Below are positions 22,310 through 33,874 of a stretch of DNA of 37,366 bases, in pieces. Positions within the stretch are counted from its first letter, which is position 1, and each line of letters begins with the position of its first letter. The position numbers were made by a program, and so were the translations under genes. This stretch comes from Octopus sinensis (taxonomy: Eukaryota). The notes beneath the pieces were generated by a model. That model saw nothing but the letters and a program-made list of their open reading frames with translations. It made no database searches and was not told the origin of the DNA. The stretch is from contig NW_021824652.1 of NCBI RefSeq assembly GCF_006345805.1, forward strand, positions 1-37,366. Reading direction: 5' to 3'.

Positions 22310-23245
22310 CAGACCGTATCAACTCTGAATGACAGAGAACATGTCCAGCTAACCTCAGTCTCCTCTGTGTTATTTTCGAGCTAACTTTTGCGAGGCTCTC
22401 GCACAACTCTGAGTCCTTTATCCTCAACTAGCAGTATCACCCGGCGTTGCTCGGGTTTGTAAGGGAAATAACTATATAAACATTTTTAGAGATGTAAAGT
22501 ATAATAGCCATCTCAATATGGCTAACCACAAAGGGGGGGTGTTACTGTAAGTTTTTTACGTTCTGAGATTTAATAATAAATTTTTAGAGAGTTACTTCCC
22601 TTATATATGCCAAAAATGCATTAAAAATGGGAAAAATTGATGGTAAATTTTTTTTTAATCGTAGACTCATCGTAGACGCGCGCTAATACCCAGAAGGGCT
22701 CGATATGAATCACGACTATAAGATACCCGGTTTTGGTTAAACTGCACCGCAAAATGTGGGAGTAGTTAGGAATCTAAATCGTAGGAGACAGACAGCACAC
22801 AACCTCTCTTTCATATATAAAGATGTATACTGATTAATGTTCAGAGCCATCCTCAGCATTCCCATGTTGCACCTATCCACCATCTGAGTGAGATTCTTGG
22901 TCGACAGTATCCAAGTCTCAGACCCGTACAACGGCACACACTCCACTGCAACAACGAAGAGACGGATCTTCAGGTCTTCACAACGGTCCGACTTCCATAC
23001 AGATCTCAAACTGTGGCATGCCACCCAGGCTTTGCTCTTCCTCTCAGCTATATCACCATCTGCGTTCCCTATCTTTGCTCCCAGATGCAGGAAGTCCTCA
23101 ACCAACTCTAGTGGCTTCCCGCCTACATTCATAATCTTCTCTGGTTTCTTAATGTTCTCTACCAGATATTTCGTCTTTATTTCATTCATTTTCAGCCCCA
23201 CACACATCAACACAGTCTCCACTTCCTGCATCAACTCCTCTGCCT
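22310..23245 (-). mobile_element. RTE-clade LINE fragment (RT C-terminal region), interrupted by a Helitron
   Basis: ORF 22737-23234 contains GLKMNEIKTK, VEDFLHLG, LKIRLF, LYGSETW and MLRMALNI. After removing 22428-22823 the frame continues NQYT|LRIKDSELCESLAKVSSKITQRRLRLAGHVLCHSEL. Confidence 0.88.
22428..22823 (-). mobile_element. Non-autonomous Helitron
   Basis: Minus strand starts TC(TTTATATAT) and ends with the hairpin CCCGAGCAACGCCGGG followed by TGATACTG-CTAG. Inserted between A and T with no TSD. Confidence 0.88.
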
Positions 23246-23681
23246 ACCTCGCTGTGTTTGCCACCAGAACTTTGTCGACAGACTTGTCTTTAACTGCGGT
23301 TAATTTCGGTATTAATTGATAAATGACGTGTATTTATTTTTATTGCTGAAGCATGATGGAAAACAATTCTTCATGAAGTGGGAAATGTTACTAACCTAAA
23401 ACATAATGCTTATTCTTTGAGTCAAGGATGGCATTTATACGTAGTTTCTGCACAGGTTTGAAATAACAGACAAACCTTTCTCAAATGTCACCCTTCTGGC
23501 TTATAAAAATACATAAAGGACACACATTAAATAAAGTAATCCTAGGTCACCCTATAAAGACTGATCGGTCAGGGCAACTTGTAGCTTAACAACAACTAAT
23601 CCTTTTAGATCGAAGAAATAAAAAGCAGCCAAGAACATGGATGGATTTAAGGAATTATGTTTCAACACACACACAACACAC

Positions 23682-23714
<33 letters not shown>

Positions 23715-24004
23715 CACACACACACAGACACACACACACACACACACACACACACCTGTAAAGTTTTTTATGTAACCACTTTTCACAATTGAAAGTGTAA
23801 AAAATGCCAAGAGTTGATAAAAATATTAAGACAGATTTTCTTAAAGTGACAATCAGTAGTTTATCCCTAAACTGCACAAAATGTTTGTCAGGTTTTTTTG
23901 CCGTTCACCTTTCCTTTTCCTTCTTTTTGCCGTCGTTGACCCTCTCTTTTGCCGCTTTCTTAATGGTTTCTGACTCAAGGCCAGCGATTCTGAGGAGAAA
24001 AAAT

Positions 24005-24385
24005 TAGTCGAAACCAGCAGCCCCGAAAGATGGAAAGTAAAGTTGACCTCGGTGAGATTTGAACTCAGAATATAAAGATTCGAAGATATACCATAAGGCA
24101 TTTTTTCCAATGCCTGAGCGATTCTTCCAGATCGCCATCTCCCCACCCTTCCCACATTAATGAGAAAACAAACAATGCTAAGCGGAATCGTTAGCACGTC
24201 GAACAACATGCTTATTGGCATTTTTTCCGGCTCTTTACGTTCTGAGTTCAAATTACGTCGAGGTCAACTTTATTTTTAATCCTTTCGGAGTCGATAATCT
24301 AAATTACCAATCAAATTCTGGGTTCGATGTAATCGACTTGTCTCATCCGCTAAAATTGTCGGTTTTGTGTCAAAATCTGAAACCA
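24005..24385. mobile_element. Two degenerate family B SINEs head-to-head (~24005-24140 minus, ~24180-24385 plus)
   Basis: TTTGAACTCAGAA in the left copy and TTCTGAGTTCAAA in the right copy, each with flanking family B sequence. Confidence 0.7.
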
Positions 24386-24693
24386 TAAAGACAAATTAGA
24401 GATTCTGTATTTAAGAGATGAGGACATTCTTTCTCATTATTATTTTACTTGTTTCAGTTATTTAACTGCGGCCATGCTGGAGCAACCGATTTTAGTCGAA
24501 TCAAATCGAACCCAGGTCTTATTTTTTGTAAGCCTAGTACTTATTCTATTGGTCTCTTTTGCCGAACTGCTAGGTTACGGGGACCTAAACACACCAGCAT
24601 CGGTTGTCAAGCGATGTTGGGGAGGGGGGAACAAACACAGATACACAACATATACACACACATATATATATGTATATGTATATGTATATATAT

Positions 24694-24888
24694 AGCCATG
24701 ATGGACCGTTAGCTCCTACACGCAATTTTTCTCTCCTTGTTTCTTTTCTGTGTATCTTTCTGTCGAAGAGCGTAGGCTCGAAACGTAAAAGACTTTTTCT
24801 ATATCTATTCCTGAGCGCCATACTAATACATTTGCTTGTTTGTACTACACCTGCCTTCGTCTTTTGTTTATTTTCGTAAACCTTCCCG

Positions 24889-24890
<2 letters not shown>
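24694..24890 (+). mobile_element. ~200-bp HHR-bearing non-coding insert in (TA)n
   Basis: Bounded by TA repeats, absent from the other family A copies, and related to 820-1035. Confidence 0.7.
24755..24792 (+). ncRNA. Minimal type I hammerhead motif with one core substitution
   Basis: TCTTT-CTGTCGA-a-GAGC-gtag-GCTC-GAAA-CG-TA-AAAGA: stems I and II are perfect and the site is GUA. The core reads CTGTCGA rather than CTGANGA, so this copy is likely inactive. Confidence 0.7.
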
Positions 24891-24920
<30 letters not shown>

Positions 24921-24922
24921 GA

Positions 24923-24955
<33 letters not shown>

Positions 24956-25121
24956 CGACGGGCTTCTTTCCGTTTCCGTCTACCAAATCCACTCACAAGG
25001 CATTGGTTGGCCCGAGGCTCAAGTATAAGACACTTACCCAAGGTGCCACGCAGTGGGACTGAACCCAGAACCATGTGGTTGGTAAGCAAACTACTTACCA
25101 CACAGCCACTCCTGCACCTAT

Positions 25122-25314
25122 ATTTACACTTTTATTTACTCTATTCACATATATTTACACATTATTTACACTATTTACATTATTTACATTTAACGGATAT
25201 TTTTCCTCATTTTGTTTGTTATTAACAACGTTTCGGCTGATATACCCTCCAGCCTTCATCAGGTATCTTGGGGGAATTTCGAACCTGGGTTCTCATTTCT
25301 AAGGCATTTTTCGA

Positions 25315-25365
<51 letters not shown>

Positions 25366-25600
25366 GATCACTGCCTGGATCCGAACTCGGAATCTTGGGG
25401 TTAGTAGCCTGCGCTCTTAACCACTATGCCATATGCCCTTAGGAATGCCGACCAATGTTCGAAATTTCCCCAAGACACCTGATGAAGGCTGGAGGGTATA
25501 TCAGCCGAAACGTTGTGTTAATAGCAAACAAGATGAGGACAAATATCCATCAAATGTAAATAATGTAAATAATGTACAAATTAGAGATCTCATCCATTTA
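25122..25600 (-). mobile_element. tRNA-headed, HHR-tailed SINE (full unit 25438->25122) plus inverted partial copy (25437->~25600)
   Basis: Minus strand: GGGCATATGGCATAGTGGTTAAGAGCG...GAGTTCGGATCC, then (AAT)n, then a tail with the HHR and (AATGTAAAT)n. The tail recurs on the plus strand from 25437. Confidence 0.85.
25474..25519 (+). ncRNA. Minimal type I hammerhead motif (mirror copy at ~25224-25267, minus)
   Basis: GACAC-CTGATGA-a-GGCTG-gagggtatat-CAGCC-GAAA-CG-TT-GTGTT. Confidence 0.8.
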
Positions 25601-26679
25601 ATTCTGCTTTGTTCGTCATGGCGTTGGACGAGTTTAAGTAAATGGAAGCCATCTTGAATATATTAAGCACGGCATTTTGTTTACTTTAATTGCCATTCCT
25701 CTCTGACTCTGCCTCTTTGGATGGAGCCTCCTCTCCTGTGAGGAACACCGTGTTAAATTATTGGTTGTCAGATAAATTCATTCGTTCTATTAATTATGAA
25801 AAGTGTTTTTATCATAATACATTTTTATCATAATGTATTCCGATTTTCTTATAGCATCATTCTTCTTCTACAACTTTTGTTCGTTGTTTCTTTTTTATTC
25901 CAAATTTGAATAAATTTTTATATCTTTTCAGACATATGACGACTGAGTGCCAATTAAAATAAAACGAACGAATTTATATAACAGCTAAAATATCAAATTC
26001 GTTGCTTCTGGTCTTGGGGTCCATTCAAATCCTGCTGGCGTCGTTTAATTCACTGTCATCGCAATAACGTACAGGATTTAAGTATTCTGAAGAAGAAAAA
26101 CAAAAAAGTTTATAGCTCTTTACAAATTACAATAGCCAATGTATCATATACGTTTATTTTTTTGCAGGTATGGTGATATGATTTTGGACAAGAAATGTTT
26201 TTTTTTTAAATCTACCCGCTTAAGGCGTTTCATCACTATTTGAAAATTTCATAAGTTCTGATCACTAAATTTAATTTCTATATTTCTAAAGAACCGAATG
26301 TTTAGATAACAACAAACGGTTTCTGCTGATATTTTTTTTATTTATATTTGATTTTTAAATTTTATCTTTTCAAATTCTGGAAAAGTGAATGTTATCTGCT
26401 AGAAAATAAAGTCTCTTTTTGATACAAAAAACAAAAAATTGTAAGCGAGAGGGAGAAAAGGAAAGAAACAGATAAACAGATCGCAAAATACTTTCAAAAC
26501 AAATTGTTGATTTTTTGTTTGTTTATTTGTTTATTTTATTTGCAAATTTTGTATTCACATCAGCAAAATTAGATCCCTTCGTGAGAAGACATGATAACCA
26601 ACCAAAATATTGTACACTACGTTATAAGAAACTTAGCAATCCACATATAAAATAAAATCCTGTGGGTTATGTTTTTAGT

Positions 26680-26952
26680 TATTGTTGTTGGTGATGGTGG
26701 TGGTGGTGGAGGTGGTGGGGGTGAGACTGGTTGTTGTATCTTGTTTTGAATTTGTTGTTGTTGGTGGTGGTGGTGGGGGTGAGACTGGTTGCTGTATCTT
26801 GTTTTGAATTTGTTGTTGTTGGTGGTGGTGGTGGTGGTGGGGGTGAGACTGGTTGTTGTATCTTGTTTTGAATTTGTTGGTGGTGGTGTTGGTGGTGGTG
26901 GAATGAGACTGGTTGTTGTATCTTGTTTTGAATTTGTTGGTGGTGGTGGTGT
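26680..26952. repeat. Minisatellite, ~4 units of ~57-63 bp
   Basis: Unit is (GGT)n-GGGGTGAGACTGGTTGTTGTATCTTGTTTTGAATTTGTTG. Confidence 0.9.
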
Positions 26953-27144
26953 TTATTTTGGTATGTCATTTTAATATTTTTGGGATTTATTTTTCGTATT
27001 TACCTAATAAACTACCAAGAAAAAAACAGCTAGCTATCAGCAATACATTTTTTTCCTGTGCAGCATCACACAGTAACTACGTCTCTGAATAATAAATATA
27101 CTATTACATCAGAAGAAGAGGAAAAAAGCGTTCTTACTTGCATC

Positions 27145-27537
27145 GTGTATATATATATATATTTGTGTGTGTGTACATATATATATATGTGTGTGTCTGT
27201 ATAAATATATGTGTGTGTGCATATAAATATATATATATATATAGTACATATATATAAACATATATGTATGTATGTATACACGTATGTATGCATGTATTTA
27301 TGTGTGTGTGAATGTGTTTTTGCTATGTACATATATATATGTATGTGCGTGTTTGCGTCTGTATACATAACTGTACATACATATATGTATGAACACACAA
27401 ACGCACACACATATATATAGACATGTAGGTATATACAGACATACACACACATATATACATGTATATATACAAATATACATAGAAATGTATATTTATACAT
27501 GCATGTAAGTATATATATATATATATATATACTTTAA

Positions 27538-27571
<34 letters not shown>

Positions 27572-27645
27572 TTAAATACAAGTATAAATATACATGTGTA
27601 TGTAAATATGTGTGTATGTGTGTGTGTGTGTGTGTCAGTGTGTGT
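27145..27645. repeat. TA/TG compound microsatellite
   Basis: Direct reading. Confidence 0.9.
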
Positions 27646-28217
27646 GAGGAAATGTCACGTATGCATTTATGTTGGTAGGTGTGGGTATGGGTCTAAAAAG
27701 CCACAGAAGGATTTTAAATTTTAAAATATTTTCTCTCCTTTTTTCGTATGAAATTATCTACTCCGGAGATATATCAGTAGTAAGAAAAATCTACACTTTA
27801 AGCATCATTTCATAGCTCCATGATCACCGAGGGAGGCCAAATTAACTGGAGATTCAATCGCGCAAATGACCATCTTCAGAGATGTGACCTTAAAGAACCT
27901 GATTTAGTGCATTATAGTCTCATTGGGAAGGAACTAGATGTATACACCTCTAATTTGAAGTCAAGTGATTTCAGTAATTGAAAATAATCGGGTCTGCTGT
28001 TATTTTATTTCATATAATTTTATATCACAATTTGTGTGCAGTAGCTTCGTAAAATAGAGGTTTTTAACGAACTAAACAGAGAATATCTGTCATTCTGACA
28101 GTAAGAATGACAAAGGAGTGTCCGTAACTCAATGTATCTAAACAATTCGCTCCTAAAGTATCGCTGTATTGATTTTCTCTCCCGTGTTTATATTCTTTTC
28201 TACGACACAACACACAT

Positions 28218-28258
<41 letters not shown>

Positions 28259-28299
28259 ACACAAGCGCATATATTAGTATGTACATACACAAGTGCGTT

Positions 28300-28400
<101 letters not shown>

Positions 28401-28742
28401 AGACATACATACATTTTCTAAATCGAATGTTTTTTCGAGTGACGCCAAATGCTTTCCTTTTATACTCTTTATTTTAATCTGCCCAAAGAGAAGCCACTTC
28501 CAGCCAGCTTTGATAGGCAGTCTCAACAGCACACTTTTCCGTTGTAGTTCAAGCCGGAGTGTTAGTGGTAACCAAAACTGAACACTCATAGTACACACCT
28601 ATTACGTTACATCAATTGACAAAATCTCATTGTATATTCCCAGCATACACACAAACACACACCTACATACATACATACATACATACATACATACATACAT
28701 ACATACATACATACATACATACATACATCCGTGCATACGTAC

Positions 28743-28951
28743 CGGAATCTAACAAAAATCAAAGCCAGAAATCCCGAGGCCCATATTTGATAACGAAGAT
28801 ATTGGTCGGGAGATCTCATCTTCTGTCGCCGAAATTTGATAAGCGTGTGTCGAAAAATCATGGCGGAGTACGTATAAAGGGTCCAAACGGTTGACATCGT
28901 CGCTGCTCTTTTCATTCCAAAGAAAATCGAAACCACCGAAGCTAAAATAAC
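28743..28951 (-). other. Possible host-gene exon
   Basis: Unique, CpG-richer segment bounded on the minus strand by TAGCAG| and CCG|GTACGT. An ATG at 28915 opens MKRAATMSTVW...IWASGFLALIFVRF through to the donor. No partner exon or homology was recognised. Confidence 0.25.
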
Positions 28952-29074
28952 CTGCTAATACATTGTGTATGTGATACATGCTAATGCTTTAATCTGTTTT
29001 CATAGGATTATTGTCTTTCCAACATTATAAAACCTGATAAAGTAATCAAAATGTATTTTCCTTTTATCTTCTAT

Positions 29075-29265
29075 TTTTTGCTTTCTTTGTATCGGTCATT
29101 GGACTGTGGCCAAGCTGGAGCACGACATTAAACAATATTTAGTCGACCGAATAGAAGGTATGACTGATGCTATAGTAGAAAGGAGAAAACACTTGCTCAA
29201 GGTATAATGCATTAGGACTGAACCCGGAACCAACTGGTTGGGAAACAAACTTCTTCTTCTACAGA
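29075..29265 (-). mobile_element. Degenerate, internally deleted family A SINE
   Basis: GACTGTGGCCAAGCTGGAGCAC and GGACTGAACCCGGAACC segments match family A. Confidence 0.65.
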
Positions 29266-29324
29266 TAAATGGTAGAGGTAAAACCATTAAGAATCGCAGA
29301 AACATGACTATAGTGTGTTTGGAT

Positions 29325-29558
29325 CAAGGCGGCGAGCTGGCAGAACCATTAGCACGCCGGGCGAAATGCTTAGCCGTATTTCGTCTGCAGCTACGTTCTG
29401 AGTTCAAATTCCGCCGAGGTAGACTTTGCCTTTCATCCTTTCGGGGTCGATAAATTAAGTACCAGTTACGCACTGGAGTCGATATAATCGACTTAATCCG
29501 TTTGTCTGTCCTTGTTTGTCCCCTCTGTGTTTAGCCCCTTGTGGGTAGTAAAGAAATA
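29325..29558 (+). mobile_element. SINE family B with perfect 16-bp TSD
   Basis: TATAGTGTGTTTGGAT at 29309-29324 and 29559-29574. Confidence 0.92.
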
Positions 29559-29931
29559 TATAGTGTGTTTGGATTACCAAAATGTATTTATTCGTAAACT
29601 ACATGGATGGATTATCAAACTGTTAAATTTACCAAAGTTACAAAGTTCTACAGCCATTGGTTGTAGTTATTCAACACATAATACCAATACAAATCTTTTT
29701 ATTATTATTTGTATTATTCTCAAAGGCAGGCAATAAGAAAACAAATTGAATCCGACGTTGTGTGTTACCCAGAAGGCATCATGTGAGATGATAGCTTGTC
29801 ACCCCTACTTTTTGTTTCCTTGTTAACACCTCTTCTTACAAAATTGAGCGTTTATAGAAATGGACACCTCGAATTCAGATGTATTTTCATTGAGGTAAAC
29901 TATATCTGTATGGAACAAGTAGACCAAGCAT

Positions 29932-30130
29932 AGTTCTATATTTTTAAGAGATAAGGAATTATATACATCATTTACATTATTTACATTATTTACATTTGAC
30001 GGATATTTGTCCTCATTTTGTTTGTTGTTAACACATTTCGGCTGATATACCCTCCAGCCTTCATCAGGTTTCTTGGGGAAATTTCGAACCTGACTTCTCA
30101 TTCCTAAGGTATTTTTCGATGTTGTTGTTG

Positions 30131-30185
<55 letters not shown>

Positions 30186-30333
30186 CATTATTATTATTAT
30201 TCAGGTCCACGGGCATATGGCATAGTGGTTAAGAGCGCGGGCTACAAAGCCCAAGATTTCGAGTTGGATTCCAAGCAGTGACCTGAATAATAATAATAAT
30301 AATAATAATAACAATAATAATAATAATAATAAC

Positions 30334-30398
<65 letters not shown>

Positions 30399-30593
30399 CA
30401 ACAACAACACAACAACAACAACAACATCGATAAATACCTTAGGAATGAAAAGCAAGGTTCAAAATTTCCCCAAGACACCTGATGAAGGCTGGAGGGTATA
30501 TCAGCCGAAATGTTGTGTTAACAATAAACAAGATGAGGACAAATATCAGTCAAATGTAAATAATGTAAATACCGTAAATGATGAAATTAATGT
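29932..30593 (+). mobile_element. Second tRNA-headed, HHR-tailed SINE with 5' inverted partial copy and TSD
   Basis: Inverted tail plus (ATT)n at 29932-30207; tRNA-like head 30211-30283; (AAT)n; tail 30425-30593. AAGTAGACCAAG flanks the whole structure at 29917-28 and 30594-605. Confidence 0.88.
30474..30519 (+). ncRNA. Minimal hammerhead motif (damaged mirror copy at ~30030-30072, minus)
   Basis: Same as 25474-25519 except GAAATG for GAAACG. Confidence 0.7.
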
Positions 30594-31664
30594 AAGTAGA
30601 CCAAGTATTAATCGCCTCTAAGTGAAACGGGAGCCCATTACTTTTTCTTCCAGGGACCGTCGTGGAATGTTTTGTTCTTAGCATGTATTTTTTAGGGGCA
30701 ACAAGAGAAAATCTTGTGACATCCAATCAAAAACTAAACATGAACAATTTGACAAAATGGCTTTTGATTTCGTTATCGTATCCACTCTTTAAATGTTGCA
30801 TTTACTTGTATAGAATTAGGACTTGGCATGACTGTAACTACCGATATAAGTATTGGCAGCCTTTTTGTGTGTCTGTCATCTTAGATTACACGAGTGATTA
30901 CAAACCACACAGAAAACTCAATGAAAAGCTTACGTTAAATCAACAGAAATTGTAAAGACACTCTTATCATCTTCAAGAACGTAATTAAAGATATGGGAAA
31001 GAATTTCTAATACATTTTCAGACAAATCGAAACTCAACAGAGTAGATAACTACTACGATAGCATCTTAAAGAATAGCAATTTCGAATTAAAAATAAGTTT
31101 CTCACTCAACGCAATGCAAACTACGAACAGAGAATAAATATAAAAATTAAATGCAGCTAAAATAAGTTTTGCTTTAATCATTCTTGTGTCCTCAATGCCA
31201 TCTCTGATCTCGAACGAGAAAAATATAAGAGTCTTTCTGAATTTTACCTCTCCACCGGAAACAATCGACACAAACCCTTTAACCATCAAAACCGTAAGGG
31301 GATCGACAGGTGTTTTTCCTGTTTTTCTAGCAGTTTAATATTACGTATGTCATTTACATTTTAAGTGTGTGTGTGTGTGCGTGCGTGTGTGTGTGTGTGG
31401 ATCTAAAATTTCTTGTCTTCACTAGTTTATTTGATGATTTGGGATTCTAGATGCAAATAAAGAAATCGCTAGTGCAATCCTCCGCTCAAAGTTTTCGGTC
31501 GTGCATCAATGTTTGAAGTGATTAAAATGATCACAAAATGTTTGTTCGTCGCCGTTTAGCTCCGTATCAGTCCTGATTGAGCCGACCTCTGCTCAAAGTT
31601 TTAGATGCGACCATTCCATCTCCATTTCAGCATCAGTGTATCCAGAACTATCTGATGTGACTTA

Positions 31665-33330
31665 TTAGATTGGTGCAAAGTTAATCATCAACTTTAATGC
31701 AGTGTATCTTTGCTCAGATTGAATGTTATTCATAAAAATAATAACCTTCAGAATGACACCCTTTTACTAACAAGCAACAAGTCTTTTGGTTTTTATTTCG
31801 GTTGCGTAAAATTTTGAAGTTTTAGAGCTAATAACTTCTTCAAAGCCATTTTGAGTCACTGCTTAGACCATTTTCCCTAGGAAGTTAGCGAGTTGCTTCA
31901 AAAATAGTTGTGAATCGAAGAAGGGTTTGAGGATAAAGCTGAGTAAGATAGAATTCCTTCACCCAGTACAAATTCTGTAGAGTCATTTCTGAGCGATCGG
32001 GTGTTATTATGGAGAAGGATTGGTCTTTTTCATTTAACAATGCTGGACGTAATCGTTGAACTTCATGACACATTTCGTTGACTTCCTAATTATACTTCTA
32101 TTTTGGGATGGTTTCACGAAGATTCAAAGATCAGAAACGAATGCTATCACTTGTCAATCACCAAATAAATGCCATAACAACATTTTGATGCACCTTCAGA
32201 TTGAGAGATTGTTTAGTGTTTCATCTCGATTCAGTCACTCAACAATACGTCGCCATATGTTATTCTTAATCCGATCAATAAATAGATCGTATTTTTATGC
32301 GCAAAAGGTGCAGCACAGATTTGTAACGACGATTTTTATTTTTTATTTTCATCCAACGTTTGCGATAGCTATTCGTCTATGTCTTTCTTTCCTATTTCTT
32401 AAATTTCCCGTGTCGTACAATCCAAAGCAACAAGTATATGACCTACTTTTAATTCAGTAACCTCTTTAGTTGTTTCACGTATATCGATAATCCTTTCTGC
32501 TATAGGTACAAGGACTGAAATTTTGGAGGAGGGAGCCAGACGATTATATCGACCCCGGTACGCAGCTGGTACTTATTTTATCGACTTCGAAAGGATAAAA
32601 GGCAAAGACGACCTCGGCGGAATTTGAACTCAGAATGTAAAGACGGACGAAATGACGCTAATCATTTTGCCCAGCGTGCTAACGATTCTGCCAGTGCGGC
32701 CGCCTTCTCGTATATCAATAATCTTTTCTACTCTAGGCAAAGGCCTGAAACTTTAGGGGAGGGAACGCAACTGGTACTTATTTAATCGACCCCGAAAGGA
32801 TGAAAGTCGACCTCAGCGAAATTTGAACTCAGAACTTAAATACAGACGAAATACCTATTTCTTTACTACCCACAAGGGGCTAAACACAGAGAGGACAAAC
32901 AAGGACAGGCAAACGGATTAAGTCGATTACATCGATCCCAATGTGTAAGTGGTACTTATTTAATCGACCCCGAAATGATGAAAGGCAAAGTCGACCTCGG
33001 CGGAATTTGAACTCAGAACGTAACGACAGACAAAATACCGCTAAGCATTTCGCCCGGCGTGTTAACGATTCTACCAGCTCGCTTCCTTATACGTGTATCA
33101 ATAATGGCGAGCAGTTGGTCATTTTCCAATCTGACTTTCCACCTCGTAGAGTCTAAACTCTAAAATCTTTAGAACCAACGTTGAATAGTGGGTTGATGGT
33201 CCCTTAATCAGGTGGTCCCTTAATCAGATGCTTGGTTGATGTTGCCTGAAGTTTCTGCAGATTTGCTTCCCATTTTGAATTCCTACACTAAAATCAAACA
33301 TTCATAGCGGCTGTCGCATGATTTTATTGT
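31665..33330 (-). mobile_element. Decayed mariner transposon (Hsmar1/cecropia-like), interrupted by SINEs
   Basis: TA followed by TIR-like TTAGATTGGTGCAAAG at 31665. Minus-strand peptides EFKMGSKSAETSGNINQA, TIQRWF, ENDQLLAII, VMAFIW, LNLRETI, EMCHEVQRLRPALLN, FEEVISS and EGYYF follow mariner transposase order, with many stops and frameshifts. The second TIR was not found. Confidence 0.85.
32492..33087 (-). mobile_element. Cluster of family B SINEs inside the mariner
   Basis: Three family B bodies. CGTATATC(G/A)ATAAT occurs at ~32478 and ~32709, and CGTGTATCAATAAT at ~33092. Confidence 0.85.
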
Positions 33331-33729
33331 AATCGAAAATGAACGTGAGGGTTGAGAGGGACGTGCACCCCACCCAGGGTAAAATTTGTTGCATGGTGGG
33401 GGAATGGGGTGAGGATGGCCTAAGTGAGTGGATTTACTCTACGCTAATGCTTGTAGACAGAGGAGTATGAAGGAGACGAGATAACTTGTCCTGGTATTCC
33501 TGATGAGCAGGGTGGCTCGGCTTCTGGTAAACCCTGAGAGGGGGCATTTTTTCACCCATTAAGGAAACCCCTTGTCAGAGTTTTGTGTTTTGATTTTGTT
33601 TTGTTTTGTTTTTAGTTGTTAATCTTTTTCGTTGTTCACACGTTTCTCTTTAAAACAATTCTCAGTTTTGCATTTAAATTGTCCTAAATGTTTCCACAGC
33701 CCTTGACCCCATCATCATCACCATCACCA

Positions 33730-33778
33730 CCATTACTATTATTGTTGTTGTTGTTACTATTATTATTATTATTATTAT

Positions 33779-33841
<63 letters not shown>

Positions 33842-33870
33842 CAGCAGCAGGAGCAGTAGTAGTAGTAGTA
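33730..33870. repeat. (TAT)n/(TAG)n/(CAG)n trinucleotide microsatellite
   Basis: Direct reading. Confidence 0.95.
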
Positions 33871-33874
33871 AGAC

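Larger units (their letters stand above)
24440..25119 (-). mobile_element. SINE family A, interrupted in its internal (TA)n by an HHR element
   Basis: 3' half at ~24440-24660 and head half at ~24955-25119. Confidence 0.85.

Noticed and set aside
26680-26952. CRISPR-like repeat/spacer appearance
   Set aside because: The spacers are just (GGT)n/(GTT)n, the context is eukaryotic and there are no cas genes.
28430-28598. Downstream exon partner for the 28743-28951 candidate
   Set aside because: Both nearby AG acceptors give an in-frame stop within a few codons.
30211-30283. Possible tRNA gene (also 25366-25438 and 6368-6435)
   Set aside because: Acceptor and T stems are imperfect and each is fused to a repeated body, so these are SINE heads rather than tRNA genes.
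33500-33545. CTGATGAG-CAGGGT...ACCCTG-AGAG as HHR or SECIS
   Set aside because: It lacks GAAA for an HHR, and the stem length and apical AA placement do not fit a SECIS.
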